Positions 49,913 to 58,660 of a stretch of DNA of 64,000 nucleotides are shown in pieces (the stretch's first letter is position 1; the number at the start of each line of letters is the position of its first letter). This DNA comes from Saprospirales bacterium (GTDB lineage: Bacteria > Bacteroidota > Bacteroidia > Chitinophagales > UBA8649), in NCBI GenBank assembly GCA_002708985.1, contig PAPS01000006.1, positions 2,187 through 66,186 on the forward strand, read 5' to 3'. Made by a program: the position numbers and the translations under genes. Under the pieces are notes generated by a model, which saw only the letters and a list, made by a program, of their open reading frames with translations, was not told the origin of the DNA and searched no databases.

Positions 49913-51087
49913 AGCAATCCTTGAGCGATATCAGTAGCCATGATTTCTTGAAGTATCTGCTGTAAAATATCAAGTTCGGCTCCGTAGCTAAACACAAAGA
50001 GTATGAACAGGATATAGAGCGCAATGAGACCAATTAATTTTTGCCTTAGGCTGAGTCTTGGGAGAATCAAAAGAAAAATAGCCGGTATAGTTAAACCAAT
50101 TAGAACCCATCGAAGTAAAATTGAAAAGGCCCATTCCTGTTTGTGGGTAAAGGCATATAGGACACCTTTATCATTGAACAATACGTACAGAAAAATAGGA
50201 AGACCAAGAGCGAAGCAAATATCAAAAATGTTACTACCTAATGCATTGGACAGGGCATCTTCAGTATTTCCTTTTTTTGCATCGCGCACAGAAATAAACA
50301 AATCCGGGACACTTGTCGCAGAAGCTGCAATCACTAAAGCAATGACGAGTATGGGAATATTCAAAAGCGCGCCAAGCTCTTCGCAGAGATACACAAGGAA
50401 TAAGCAACTCGTTCCCATAAATAGTAAAGCAATTGCTAAAATCATCCATGCTCTTATACCATTCACCCCCTTTTTTTTCGTGAACAACCCATAGATGTCT
50501 AATCGAATGGTGGTGGATAGTATTGTCCTTTCTTTTGTGTTTGAATACCCTGATGTACCCTTTTCTACTTTCCCCATTGTCTCGACAGTTCCTTTGGATT
50601 CTTGTCTATTTCGTGCCAAAAGAAACCATATATAGAAACCGTAAAAGAGCATGAGGAACAGTCCATTCCACCAATACATTACAGGTCTCACAAGAATAAG
50701 CAGTAATCCTTGTGCCACTAAAAGAAAGATAGCATCACGCCATAGAGATTTTCGTGCAGATAAACGATCAAGCACATCCTCTTTTTGCTTGGTATAAATC
50801 AATGTCCCAAGTACAGCACTTGGAATAATAAGTAAGTTAAAGAGTGCACTACCCATCATAGTACCAAAACCTCCAGCAAAGCCCTCCTCATCACCAGCAA
50901 TAGAAAGAAAAAAAATGGCGGTCAATAACTCGGGCATGCTACTACCTATGGCATTGATGGTTGCTCCCCGTATACCTGGAGCCATGTTGCGGCCAAGGTA
51001 TGAGGAGGCCCGTTCAAAACTCTCACTGGTTGCCCAAATAACATAACTTAAAATGACTATAATAGACAAATAGCCGAGGGCTACCAT
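49909..51087 (-). CDS. Ca2+/cation antiporter (CaCA, YrbG-like sodium/calcium exchanger)
   Basis: Two alpha-repeats, 'GSSMPELLTAIF' and 'ATSVPDLFISV', with multiple TM helices. Confidence 0.8.
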   Translation of the reverse strand: MVALGYLSIIVILSYVIWATSESFERASSYLGRNMAPGIRGATINAIGSSMPELLTAIFFLSIAGDEEGFAGGFGTMMGSALFNLLIIPSAVLGTLIYTKQKEDVLDRLSARKSLWRDAIFLLVAQGLLLILVRPVMYWWNGLFLMLFYGFYIWFLLARNRQESKGTVETMGKVEKGTSGYSNTKERTILSTTIRLDIYGLFTKKKGVNGIRAWMILAIALLFMGTSCLFLVYLCEELGALLNIPILVIALVIAASATSVPDLFISVRDAKKGNTEDALSNALGSNIFDICFALGLPIFLYVLFNDKGVLYAFTHKQEWAFSILLRWVLIGLTIPAIFLLILPRLSLRQKLIGLIALYILFILFVFSYGAELDILQQILQEIMATDIAQGLL

Positions 51088-51146
51088 AACGATGCTTTAC
51101 TGAGGTTACCTTTCAAAGATACAAAGTTGTTTACTAGAGAAAGTGT

Positions 51147-51578
51147 CTAATTTAAACGGTCTCCAAAGCGCAACGAGCGCGTAGTTGCATAGAAGGCTAA
51201 GCCCATCGCTACGGTAATTGCGATTACATCCAAGATATCAAAGGTACCTGAACCCAGGTATTGTGAAAACTCAATACTGTATATAAAGAGCACGCCGATA
51301 AGTACCCAGATAAATTTCATTGAGTTTTTAGCATCCTTCCAGATAACTAGGAAAATATACATCAAAGCAAAAGCCCATAATGCATCAGGAAGCTGGAACA
51401 AAACAAATTCGGCAAATTGAGAATCCCCGAGGCGATAGGGCATGTGAGGCCTCAAGGTATCCATGAAAGGAAACCAATGATCAAGCAACAAACCCGGTTT
51501 TCGGAAGAAAACATAAATTATGAAGCCGACCAAAAGAGGCAGGAAAACATAGAAAAAAAGTCGAAAAAGCTGTCGCAC
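51147..51578 (-). CDS. hypothetical 4-TM membrane protein
   Basis: Hydrophobicity pattern only. Confidence 0.45.
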   Translation of the reverse strand: MRQLFRLFFYVFLPLLVGFIIYVFFRKPGLLLDHWFPFMDTLRPHMPYRLGDSQFAEFVLFQLPDALWAFALMYIFLVIWKDAKNSMKFIWVLIGVLFIYSIEFSQYLGSGTFDILDVIAITVAMGLAFYATTRSLRFGDRLN

Positions 51579-51924
51579 AGATATAAAGCTTACTTAAATT
51601 TAGGAATTAAATAAGTTACAACGTCTTACTTATACACAGCCGACATGCCACATCCCCTTCTAACCAACATTTTAAAGGATTAAAACAACATAATACACAA
51701 CGAAGGAAGGCAAGAATCGCTCGATAATCTTATTGACTATTTACTTCATAGGTTATCTCAAGGTCTGAGAGCCTCTATCTTTTTTATTGTAAAGATCCAA
51801 AGGCTTTTGACAGTAGCTCTCAAGAAGGTATTATATACGACAATCTATCTCGATATATAGCGACAGAAATATACTACGTCAAGAAAAAGACAAACGAGGC
51901 TCTTTTACCGATCAAGAACTGAAG

Positions 51925-53169
51925 CTAGACCTTCTCCAAGGATTGTGCGACATCATTGATCAAATCCTCATGGTGCTCAACCCCAATCGACAAACGAATT
52001 AAGGCATCTGATATGTTGAGATCCGTTAAATGCTCTTCGGACACCCCTGCATGGGTCATCGTCTTAGGATGCTGTGCGAGACTTTCTGTACCGCCTAAAC
52101 TCACAGCTAACTTGATGAGTTCAAGATGATCTAAGAACCGGAAAGCTTCTTCCTCTCCGCCTTTGATATAAAAGGATATCATAGCCCCGCTTCCTGTAAA
52201 ATGTCGCTTGTATAATGCATATTCCGGACTACCCTCTTCAAGAAGTCCCAAGTAATTGACTTTGACAACTTTCGGATGGTTTTTGAGGTAGCTGGCGACT
52301 TCAATGGCATTTCTCTGTTGCTGCTCCATGCGCAGTTTAAGGGTCTCCAAGCTTCGCATTAGTAACCAACCTGTCCAAGGGCCAGCCATATTGCCAAGGA
52401 ATGTTCGCAGGGTTTTAACTCGAGTCATGAGCGCCTTACTACCCAAAACAGCTCCTGCAATCAAATCGCTGTGTCCACCGATATACTTTGTTGCCGAATA
52501 CATTACCAAGTCAGCACCCAATGAAAGAGGGTGCTGCCACAAGGGACCCATATAGGTATTATCCACCGCGACTATGACTTCGTGATTTACTGAGAAGGCA
52601 TCCGCAACGCGGCGACATGCTTCGATGTCGATAATCGTATTCGTTGGGTTTGCCGGACTTTCAACATAAATTAACTTTAGATTTTCGGCATGTCCCGAGG
52701 CTTGTACCAGTTCCATAATCTCCTCTTCGGACTGACCTGCTTGAAAACCTAGAGTATGTATCCCATGAGAAGGTAAAAAGTGATGGATAAAGTGATCGGT
52801 TCCACCATAGACTGGGTGGCTGTACAAAATCAAATCACCCGGTTTAAGAAACTCCAATAAGACGGTCGTTATCGCCGACATACCACTTTCAAAAATGGCG
52901 CAGTCCTCGGCCTTATCCCATAGACACAATCGATTTTCTAAAATCTCTAAATCCGGATTATTAATTCGGCTGTAGATTAACCCTAATTCTTCATTAGGCA
53001 GCTGTTCACGCTTGCCGTAGGCAACTTCAAAGAAGGCCTTACCCTCTTGCGCATTCTTAAATACAAAAGTGGATGTCTGAAAAATGGGGCATTTTATCGA
53101 GCCTTCCGAAAGCTCTGGTTTATAACCATATGACATCATTAAACTCTCAGGACGCATGTTTTCCTTCAT
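51925..53169 (-). CDS. Cys/Met-metabolism PLP-dependent enzyme (methionine gamma-lyase / cystathionine gamma-synthase family)
   Basis: 'YSATKYIGGHSDLIAG' contains the PLP-lysine motif. Size is 414 aa. Confidence 0.85.
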   Translation of the reverse strand: MKENMRPESLMMSYGYKPELSEGSIKCPIFQTSTFVFKNAQEGKAFFEVAYGKREQLPNEELGLIYSRINNPDLEILENRLCLWDKAEDCAIFESGMSAITTVLLEFLKPGDLILYSHPVYGGTDHFIHHFLPSHGIHTLGFQAGQSEEEIMELVQASGHAENLKLIYVESPANPTNTIIDIEACRRVADAFSVNHEVIVAVDNTYMGPLWQHPLSLGADLVMYSATKYIGGHSDLIAGAVLGSKALMTRVKTLRTFLGNMAGPWTGWLLMRSLETLKLRMEQQQRNAIEVASYLKNHPKVVKVNYLGLLEEGSPEYALYKRHFTGSGAMISFYIKGGEEEAFRFLDHLELIKLAVSLGGTESLAQHPKTMTHAGVSEEHLTDLNISDALIRLSIGVEHHEDLINDVAQSLEKV

Positions 53170-53236
53170 AGATTTTTTTAGGAGGTTTTATTACGAAAGT
53201 CTGTCAAATGTACATTAAAACTCCTACAGGATATTA

Positions 53237-54151
53237 ATGGTTGGGGTCACAAAGGAACCTAATCCCTTAACGAAGTGTTTAAGAGGTGTGTATGCAATGA
53301 ATTACTTTTTGGACAAGCTTGATCCCATCGCAAAAGTCTTGCTATCTCCCGGCGTCAAAAAGCGCATGGAGAAAGGCTTTGTGAGCTTTGCCCTGCTTGC
53401 TTTCTTAGTGCATCTAGCCCTTTATATTCTTAACAAATATGTAGCGTTTGACCTGCCGTCAACACTCTTCTCAAGCCCTTTGCAAATACTCTACACGCCC
53501 TTCTCTGTGGTCTTGGTCGCTGAAATCTACCTTTTGGTATACTATCTGCCCTCCTCATTTGGACGTTCTATGGGTAAACAGATTGAAATCATTGCGTTAA
53601 TTGAGATTAGGACGGTGTTTAAGGATTTGGATAACACGTCAACTTGGCCATGGGAGGCTGCCTTTTTTCCCCATATCTTATCCGCCCTGTTACTTGGAGG
53701 CATACTAGTAATATTTTATAGGGTACTTCCTCAGCAAGTAGCACGAATGGAAGAAGACGACCTTCAGCACTTTGTGCGATTCAAGCGCGTCTTAGCCGCA
53801 GCGCTCATGTTGTTTTTATTGGCGCTCAGTGCCTACGCCCTTTCCCTGTGGGGTTATGATATTGTCATCCATCCAGACCACCTAAGAATGGATCCAAATA
53901 CAGTCTTCTACACAGAATTCTTTACCACCCTAATTCTGGTAGATGTCCTAATCTTAGTGGTCTCTTTGCGTTACCTGCACGACTTTGGCCAAGTTATACG
54001 TAACTCAGGCTTTATTGTCGCCACAGTTATGCTTCGTAGAGCACTAGGCATTGAACCTTGGCATGCCTTTGCCTATGAGGTAAATGCTGCGGTTCTTGCC
54101 GTATTGATGGTATTGCTGCAACGCTATCTTCCCCGACGGTCGAAGTCGTGA
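53237..54151 (+). CDS. hypothetical multi-pass membrane protein
   Basis: About 6 predicted TM helices. No motif recognised. Start may be M at 53297 ('MNYFLDKL'). Confidence 0.5.
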   Translation: MVGVTKEPNPLTKCLRGVYAMNYFLDKLDPIAKVLLSPGVKKRMEKGFVSFALLAFLVHLALYILNKYVAFDLPSTLFSSPLQILYTPFSVVLVAEIYLLVYYLPSSFGRSMGKQIEIIALIEIRTVFKDLDNTSTWPWEAAFFPHILSALLLGGILVIFYRVLPQQVARMEEDDLQHFVRFKRVLAAALMLFLLALSAYALSLWGYDIVIHPDHLRMDPNTVFYTEFFTTLILVDVLILVVSLRYLHDFGQVIRNSGFIVATVMLRRALGIEPWHAFAYEVNAAVLAVLMVLLQRYLPRRSKS

Positions 54152-54190
54152 TAGGATGACTTAAAAAGGAAAAAAGCGTACCTTCAAAGC

Positions 54191-54751
54191 ATGGCGGGGG
54201 TCAAAAAAATCACGGTTTTTTTCTACTTCTTTATCATCTTATTATTCGCTCAATTTGGCTATGGATTAGTTGTGCGAGAATGCTATCCAGGATTTATGAT
54301 GCCAGGTTTTTCAAGGATTGATAACGATGGAAAAGAATACGTAACCTATGACTATATCCTTTGGTTTGAAACAAAGCAAGCGCAACGAGATACAATTAAC
54401 CTAGTTGACTTTGCGAGTCCACTATCAAAAATCGCTCTTGGCCGTGCTATTGATTTAGCATTTTTCCCTACATCCATCCAAGAGACCTATAATGGTTCTC
54501 AAAAAAAATACTATAGTATCATCAAGGCATTAATCGGGGAAAAATTCTACCAGCGCAACATCATTAGCGTAAGGAATCCTAAAATGAGCCAAGAGCAAAT
54601 CGACGAATTTTCATCGTGGGTAAAAGCAAGAGTTGCTCGGCAACAAAATGCTGATGTGCAAAGTATTCACATTGAAAAAATATCAATAGTTCGAGACTTT
54701 GTATCAGGTGATACCCTGAGTACCGCCTTACTAAATGACTATGATTTTTAG
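54191..54751 (+). CDS. hypothetical N-terminally anchored protein upstream of the HTTM gene (SdpA-position candidate)
   Basis: One N-terminal TM helix ('ITVFFYFFIILLFAQFGYGLV'). 17-nt overlap with the next gene. No motif recognised. Confidence 0.5.
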   Translation: MAGVKKITVFFYFFIILLFAQFGYGLVVRECYPGFMMPGFSRIDNDGKEYVTYDYILWFETKQAQRDTINLVDFASPLSKIALGRAIDLAFFPTSIQETYNGSQKKYYSIIKALIGEKFYQRNIISVRNPKMSQEQIDEFSSWVKARVARQQNADVQSIHIEKISIVRDFVSGDTLSTALLNDYDF

Positions 54752-56189
54752 TGCAATTCATACCATACATAAGCGCTTTGAGCATTGGATATTCAATGCC
54801 TATTCAACCAATGTAAACCAGCTAGGGCTTTATCGAATCCTTTTCGCTTCCGCGATTATATTCCTCATTGGCATCCCTCAATACAACGTCAAAATAGCCG
54901 CCTTCCCAGCTGGGGTATTTAACCCACCACCCTTCTTCTCCTTTTTCTTTTCGGACATTCCACCATTGTGGTACTTCCAATGGACGGATGGTTTAATATG
55001 CTTGGGCTTTTTATTTGTTCTATTAGGCCTATTTACGCGCAGTGCTGGCGTAATCACGGCACTCTTAATCATCATAAACAACGGATTTATTTTTAGCACA
55101 GGAAAGATTGATCATTCATTTCTGGTGTGGTTCACCCTGTTTATACTATCCTTTTCAGGATGGGGAAATGCATTTAGTATTGACAGTATAATCCAGAGGA
55201 AAGCCCATAATCGGACGAATAACTGGATCATATCCCTGCTTTCATTGAGTATAGGATTTAGCTTTTTTACAGCTGGGATGATTAAATTTTTATCCGGCTG
55301 GTTAAGTCTATCCGATTCCATGTTGCGGGCCTTTTACCTCAGAAACTTTTATATCCAGCAGAAACAAGACTACCTAGCCCCCTATTTTGAAAACTTTACT
55401 TTTCAGCCTTTCTGGGAATTGGGTGACTGGTTTACCATAATTTTTGAAGTAGGGTTTTTACTTGTTGTATTCATTCCAGCGCTCTTTCGATTCTACACCC
55501 TTCTGGCGCTGTTTTTCCATGGTTTTGTTCTTCTTATGATGAACATTGGCTTTGATACATTTATTCCGATGTATCTACTGTTTTGGATTCCATTGATCGA
55601 TACCTCAAGAGCTCAAAAAACCTTTGAGGCTTGGATAAAAAACAAGAAGAAAATTATTGGAATCGTGATATTGCTTGTGGGGGTATATGGAATTAACTGG
55701 TGGCTAAAAGATGTCGCAAGCCTCCCCTTAAGCGACCTATTAATCTTTACCGGTCTGCTTGGAAGTCTATTTATCTTGTTTATAAGACCGCAGCTAATCT
55801 TTCGGGAAGTAAACAAGCCGGATGAGGTGAAGATCATTATGTTCGACGGAGTTTGTAATCTCTGCAATGGCTTTGTGCAATTTGTAATCCAAAGAGATAA
55901 ACAAGCCATATTCAAGTTTAAACCGCTACAGGACTCTACCTCTGACGATACCGACTTACAGAGTATTATCCTTGTTAAAGACGGAGAGCATCTGAATAAG
56001 TCAAAAGCATTTCTAGAGATCATTAGAAACCTTCATGGGTTTTGGCCATACCTCTACCTTACCATCATTATCCCACGACCTATCCGTGATGCTGTTTATA
56101 TTTTTGTTGCCAATAATCGATATAAGTGGTTTGGCAAACGGGATACATGTATGATCCCCACAAAGGAGTTGAAAGATCGGTTTCTTTAA
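54735..56189 (+). CDS. HTTM (vitamin-K-dependent gamma-carboxylase-like) membrane domain fused to a DCC/DUF393 thiol-disulfide oxidoreductase domain
   Basis: N-terminal ~350 aa multi-pass with HTTM-like 'LGLYRILFASAIIFLIG'. C-terminal 'IMFDGVCNLCNGFVQFVIQRD...IPRPIRDAVYIFVANNRYKWFGKRDTC' matches the DCC CxxC family. Confidence 0.75.
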   Translation: MTMIFSAIHTIHKRFEHWIFNAYSTNVNQLGLYRILFASAIIFLIGIPQYNVKIAAFPAGVFNPPPFFSFFFSDIPPLWYFQWTDGLICLGFLFVLLGLFTRSAGVITALLIIINNGFIFSTGKIDHSFLVWFTLFILSFSGWGNAFSIDSIIQRKAHNRTNNWIISLLSLSIGFSFFTAGMIKFLSGWLSLSDSMLRAFYLRNFYIQQKQDYLAPYFENFTFQPFWELGDWFTIIFEVGFLLVVFIPALFRFYTLLALFFHGFVLLMMNIGFDTFIPMYLLFWIPLIDTSRAQKTFEAWIKNKKKIIGIVILLVGVYGINWWLKDVASLPLSDLLIFTGLLGSLFILFIRPQLIFREVNKPDEVKIIMFDGVCNLCNGFVQFVIQRDKQAIFKFKPLQDSTSDDTDLQSIILVKDGEHLNKSKAFLEIIRNLHGFWPYLYLTIIIPRPIRDAVYIFVANNRYKWFGKRDTCMIPTKELKDRFL

Positions 56190-56231
56190 AAGCGAGCGGT
56201 TCTAAGCGATCAATGTAATGATTCAACGGCT

Positions 56232-56708
56232 TTAATAAAAGACGAAAGCCTTCTTTGAAAACTCGTTTAACACAACAAAACGCCTGACATTTTCTCTTTC
56301 CAAGGGTACGCTATTCTCTAATTGCAGTGTCATTTGAATTCTTTCAGGACGCTCACTATGAATACAATTAAAATTAAAGTGTAACTCCTCACCGTACGAA
56401 TAGATTTGAGAGGAGACAATAATCGCTATCGTAGATTTAACTCCAAAAAGTTCAAACTCAATGTATCCCTTACCAACAGAATCAGTATGAAAGTGTGCTG
56501 TTGATAAAATACCAGTGATTGTATCTGACCTTTTACTGGTTTCTAAGTTTATATCAAACGTATTCATAAAGTCAATGGATACATTGAAGTTCTTGATGTT
56601 TGTTGTATCCTCTCTAGGTAAATCAATTACATCTTGAGAGAAAATCAGAAGAGGTAAAAAAGTAAGAAGAGCAAGGCATGTTGTAAACCGCATAAAAAGA
56701 GTATTCAA
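56232..56708 (-). CDS. hypothetical secreted protein
   Basis: Signal peptide 'CLALLTFLPLLIFSQ'. The likely start is ATG at 56693. Confidence 0.45.
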   Translation of the reverse strand: MNTLFMRFTTCLALLTFLPLLIFSQDVIDLPREDTTNIKNFNVSIDFMNTFDINLETSKRSDTITGILSTAHFHTDSVGKGYIEFELFGVKSTIAIIVSSQIYSYGEELHFNFNCIHSERPERIQMTLQLENSVPLERENVRRFVVLNEFSKKAFVFY

Positions 56709-56741
56709 ATTATCTGCTTAAAAGTATTAACAATAAAAATG

Positions 56742-56804
56742 GGGCATCTCTCGTGTTTCTATAGTTACCTTGACTAGCGAACCTTGTGGTCGTGGCGTAA
56801 ATGG
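56742..56804 (-). repeat. 63-nt relic copy of the 5' end of gene 58370..58654, with the start codon mutated ATG>ACG
   Basis: Manual ungapped alignment to 58598..58660 gives 54/63 identical. It would encode (T)PRPQGSLVKVTIETREM versus MPRPQGSLNKVTKETREM. Confidence 0.8.
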
Positions 56805-56834
56805 TTGATTACGAGATTAAAGAGCATAAAAAAA

Positions 56835-56852
56835 GGGAAACCTAAGCTTCCC
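56835..56852. terminator. possible bidirectional terminator hairpin
   Basis: GGGAA-ACCTAAGC-TTCCC, flanked by A7 (56828..56834) and T5 (56855..56859). The stem is short. Confidence 0.3.
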
Positions 56853-56873
56853 CATTTTTGATTGAGTGCGGTC

Positions 56874-56964
56874 TGGACGGAACTGCAAATGAAATTTGTT
56901 ATCTATTGCAATTCAGTTACTTATGATTTTCTTTATCCTATGAGTGGACGGATTAGTGGACGGA
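56874..56964 (+). repeat. three copies of TGGACGGA(A); two sit in a 12-bp-phased tandem AGTGGACGGA
   Basis: Read directly at 56874..56881, 56945..56952 and 56957..56964. Confidence 0.6.
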
Positions 56965-57032
56965 ATGATAATACTTTCACACAAAAGGATATATTATCTT
57001 GTAGACTAATCGTAATTGATTTCCTCACTTGG

Positions 57033-57260
57033 ATGAAAAAAATGTCTCATTATCTCATAAAGATTGTTCACTACCTCATAGTGATAGCTCTCTTCTATCT
57101 CTTTTATGTTTTAGCAGGCTTGTTTATATATGGGATTGTCTTGTCCAATGTATCTTTTGGTGAATTCTTTGATAAATTCATAGGGACGTATTTATCATTA
57201 GTTATTGCCTACCAATTTGTCAAAAACATAAAAGACCCTACCAATTCGTCAAAGGCATAA
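57033..57260 (+). CDS. small 2-TM membrane protein (hypothetical, 75 aa)
   Basis: ATG at 57033 ('MKKMSHYLIKIVHYLIVIALFYLFYVLAGLFIYGIVL'). The longer TTG-initiated track ORF 56862..57260 is less plausible. Confidence 0.4.
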   Translation: MKKMSHYLIKIVHYLIVIALFYLFYVLAGLFIYGIVLSNVSFGEFFDKFIGTYLSLVIAYQFVKNIKDPTNSSKA

Positions 57261-57359
57261 ATCAGCAGGGCCATAGTCTCAATGGTTTGACTAACCTCAA
57301 CCTTCCACCAACTCTCTGCAGGCTTCTGTAGCAATTTTAGCGACCTTTACAAAAGTGTG

Positions 57360-58310
57360 CTAATCATCAAGGTTGTTTAAAAGCTCAGTTTCGAATTCAA
57401 TCATCTTGTTCATTAGAAATCCAATCCAAGATGTTTTGTTTTGATCAAAGCCATCATATGTTATGTTCCGGATATCATCTGTGGTCACAGGTTTATAGTC
57501 AAACCATTCAGTTAGAGAATTTTGAGCTTTCATCTTCGTGTTGCTTGAATTTGAGACCATTTGGTCAACTAAAAACGCCCATTCATCATTTAAAAAAGAA
57601 GACTTATTACTAAGTTTTGCCTCTAACTGAAGACGTACATCAAGCAATGAATCTAAAATTGAATTAAATTCTGTTTGTAATGACAAATCATTATCCTCTG
57701 ATGATTCCTGAGACGCTGACGCAGCAGAGTAAGACATAAATTCTCTTAGATTCTTGACTAAATTCTTACCGTCAACAAGGTATTTATCGCCTCTAATCCA
57801 AAAATCAATGATAACCGTGTATTGGCTTGCAGAAGATGATGCACCCATACCCTTGCCTTTTGCCCTAAAACTTATAACGAGATCTTCGTTAACCGTGTAG
57901 TCGTGATAAACAAACTCATTTTTTCCGGCTTTAGTTGACTTTGATTTGTTAAGTAGAATATTATAGTTGTCTAAAATGGACTGACACTCTTTGAGGTCGA
58001 GTTCTACGAAATGATAATCTATTGCAATTGTATTATCTCCAAGGAACTGGTCTCTTGTGCTTGAAAGCCACTCAGCGCCAATTACCAATCCTCTTTCGCC
58101 ATTATACTCATACCCAACAAACTCTGTATAGGTATTATCGCCTTCAACCTGATTATCAAATATCCACCACATTTTAATTTCACTCTGCTCACCTACAGTG
58201 TGCTGTTCGATATGGTTTTTAATGTAGCGTTCGGTAATATATCGAGGAGGAACAACGCAACTACCTAATAGGAAGCACATTGACAAAAAATAGAGAGAGT
58301 AGTACTTCAT
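57360..58310 (-). CDS. hypothetical lipoprotein (two-domain)
   Basis: Start chosen at M 58310, giving the lipobox 'FLLGSC'. A Ser/acidic linker 'SAASASQESSEDND' separates a beta-rich half from a helical half. Confidence 0.5.
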   Translation of the reverse strand: MKYYSLYFLSMCFLLGSCVVPPRYITERYIKNHIEQHTVGEQSEIKMWWIFDNQVEGDNTYTEFVGYEYNGERGLVIGAEWLSSTRDQFLGDNTIAIDYHFVELDLKECQSILDNYNILLNKSKSTKAGKNEFVYHDYTVNEDLVISFRAKGKGMGASSSASQYTVIIDFWIRGDKYLVDGKNLVKNLREFMSYSAASASQESSEDNDLSLQTEFNSILDSLLDVRLQLEAKLSNKSSFLNDEWAFLVDQMVSNSSNTKMKAQNSLTEWFDYKPVTTDDIRNITYDGFDQNKTSWIGFLMNKMIEFETELLNNLDD

Positions 58311-58369
58311 TAAATCAATTTTCGATAAGATACTACAAGGGTGCCGAACTTTGAAAAGATCCTCTGCCT

Positions 58370-58654
58370 TTAACATTCAAAACTCTCCCTACAAAATCGC
58401 TCAACCTCTGGCGTTGCCGGTTGAATAATAATCTGAGCTGGCTGTGATTCCTCCGAATCTATATTGATTGACTTCAGTCTTGGTGTGATATATGGAAGAA
58501 GGGCTGTAATGGCTGTTAGAAAAGCTTTTGGATCTTTCTCTCGCAATTCTTCAAGTGCACTATTTACGTTGCTTAAATGGCCTTGAAGGGCCTCTGAGAG
58601 CATCTCTCGTGTTTCTTTGGTAACCTTGTTTAGTGAGCCTTGTGGTCGTGGCAT
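58370..58654 (-). CDS. small protein with basic AT-hook-like N-terminus (mobile-element/phage-type hypothetical)
   Basis: 'MPRPQGSLNKVTKETREML' resembles the 'GRPKGSKNK' N-termini of phage or mobile-element small DNA-binding proteins. Family not identified. Confidence 0.45.
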   Translation of the reverse strand: MPRPQGSLNKVTKETREMLSEALQGHLSNVNSALEELREKDPKAFLTAITALLPYITPRLKSINIDSEESQPAQIIIQPATPEVERFCRESFEC

Positions 58655-58660
58655 AAATGG
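58598..58660 (-). repeat. intact partner of the 63-nt repeat (5' end of gene 58370..58654)
   Basis: See the repeat at 56742..56804. Confidence 0.8.

Noticed and set aside
56862-57032. N-terminal extension (TTG start) of the small membrane-protein ORF
   Set aside because: The extension has no hydrophobic or conserved character. It spans the TGGACGGA repeats and directly abuts the hairpin, so it is more likely a 5' regulatory region.
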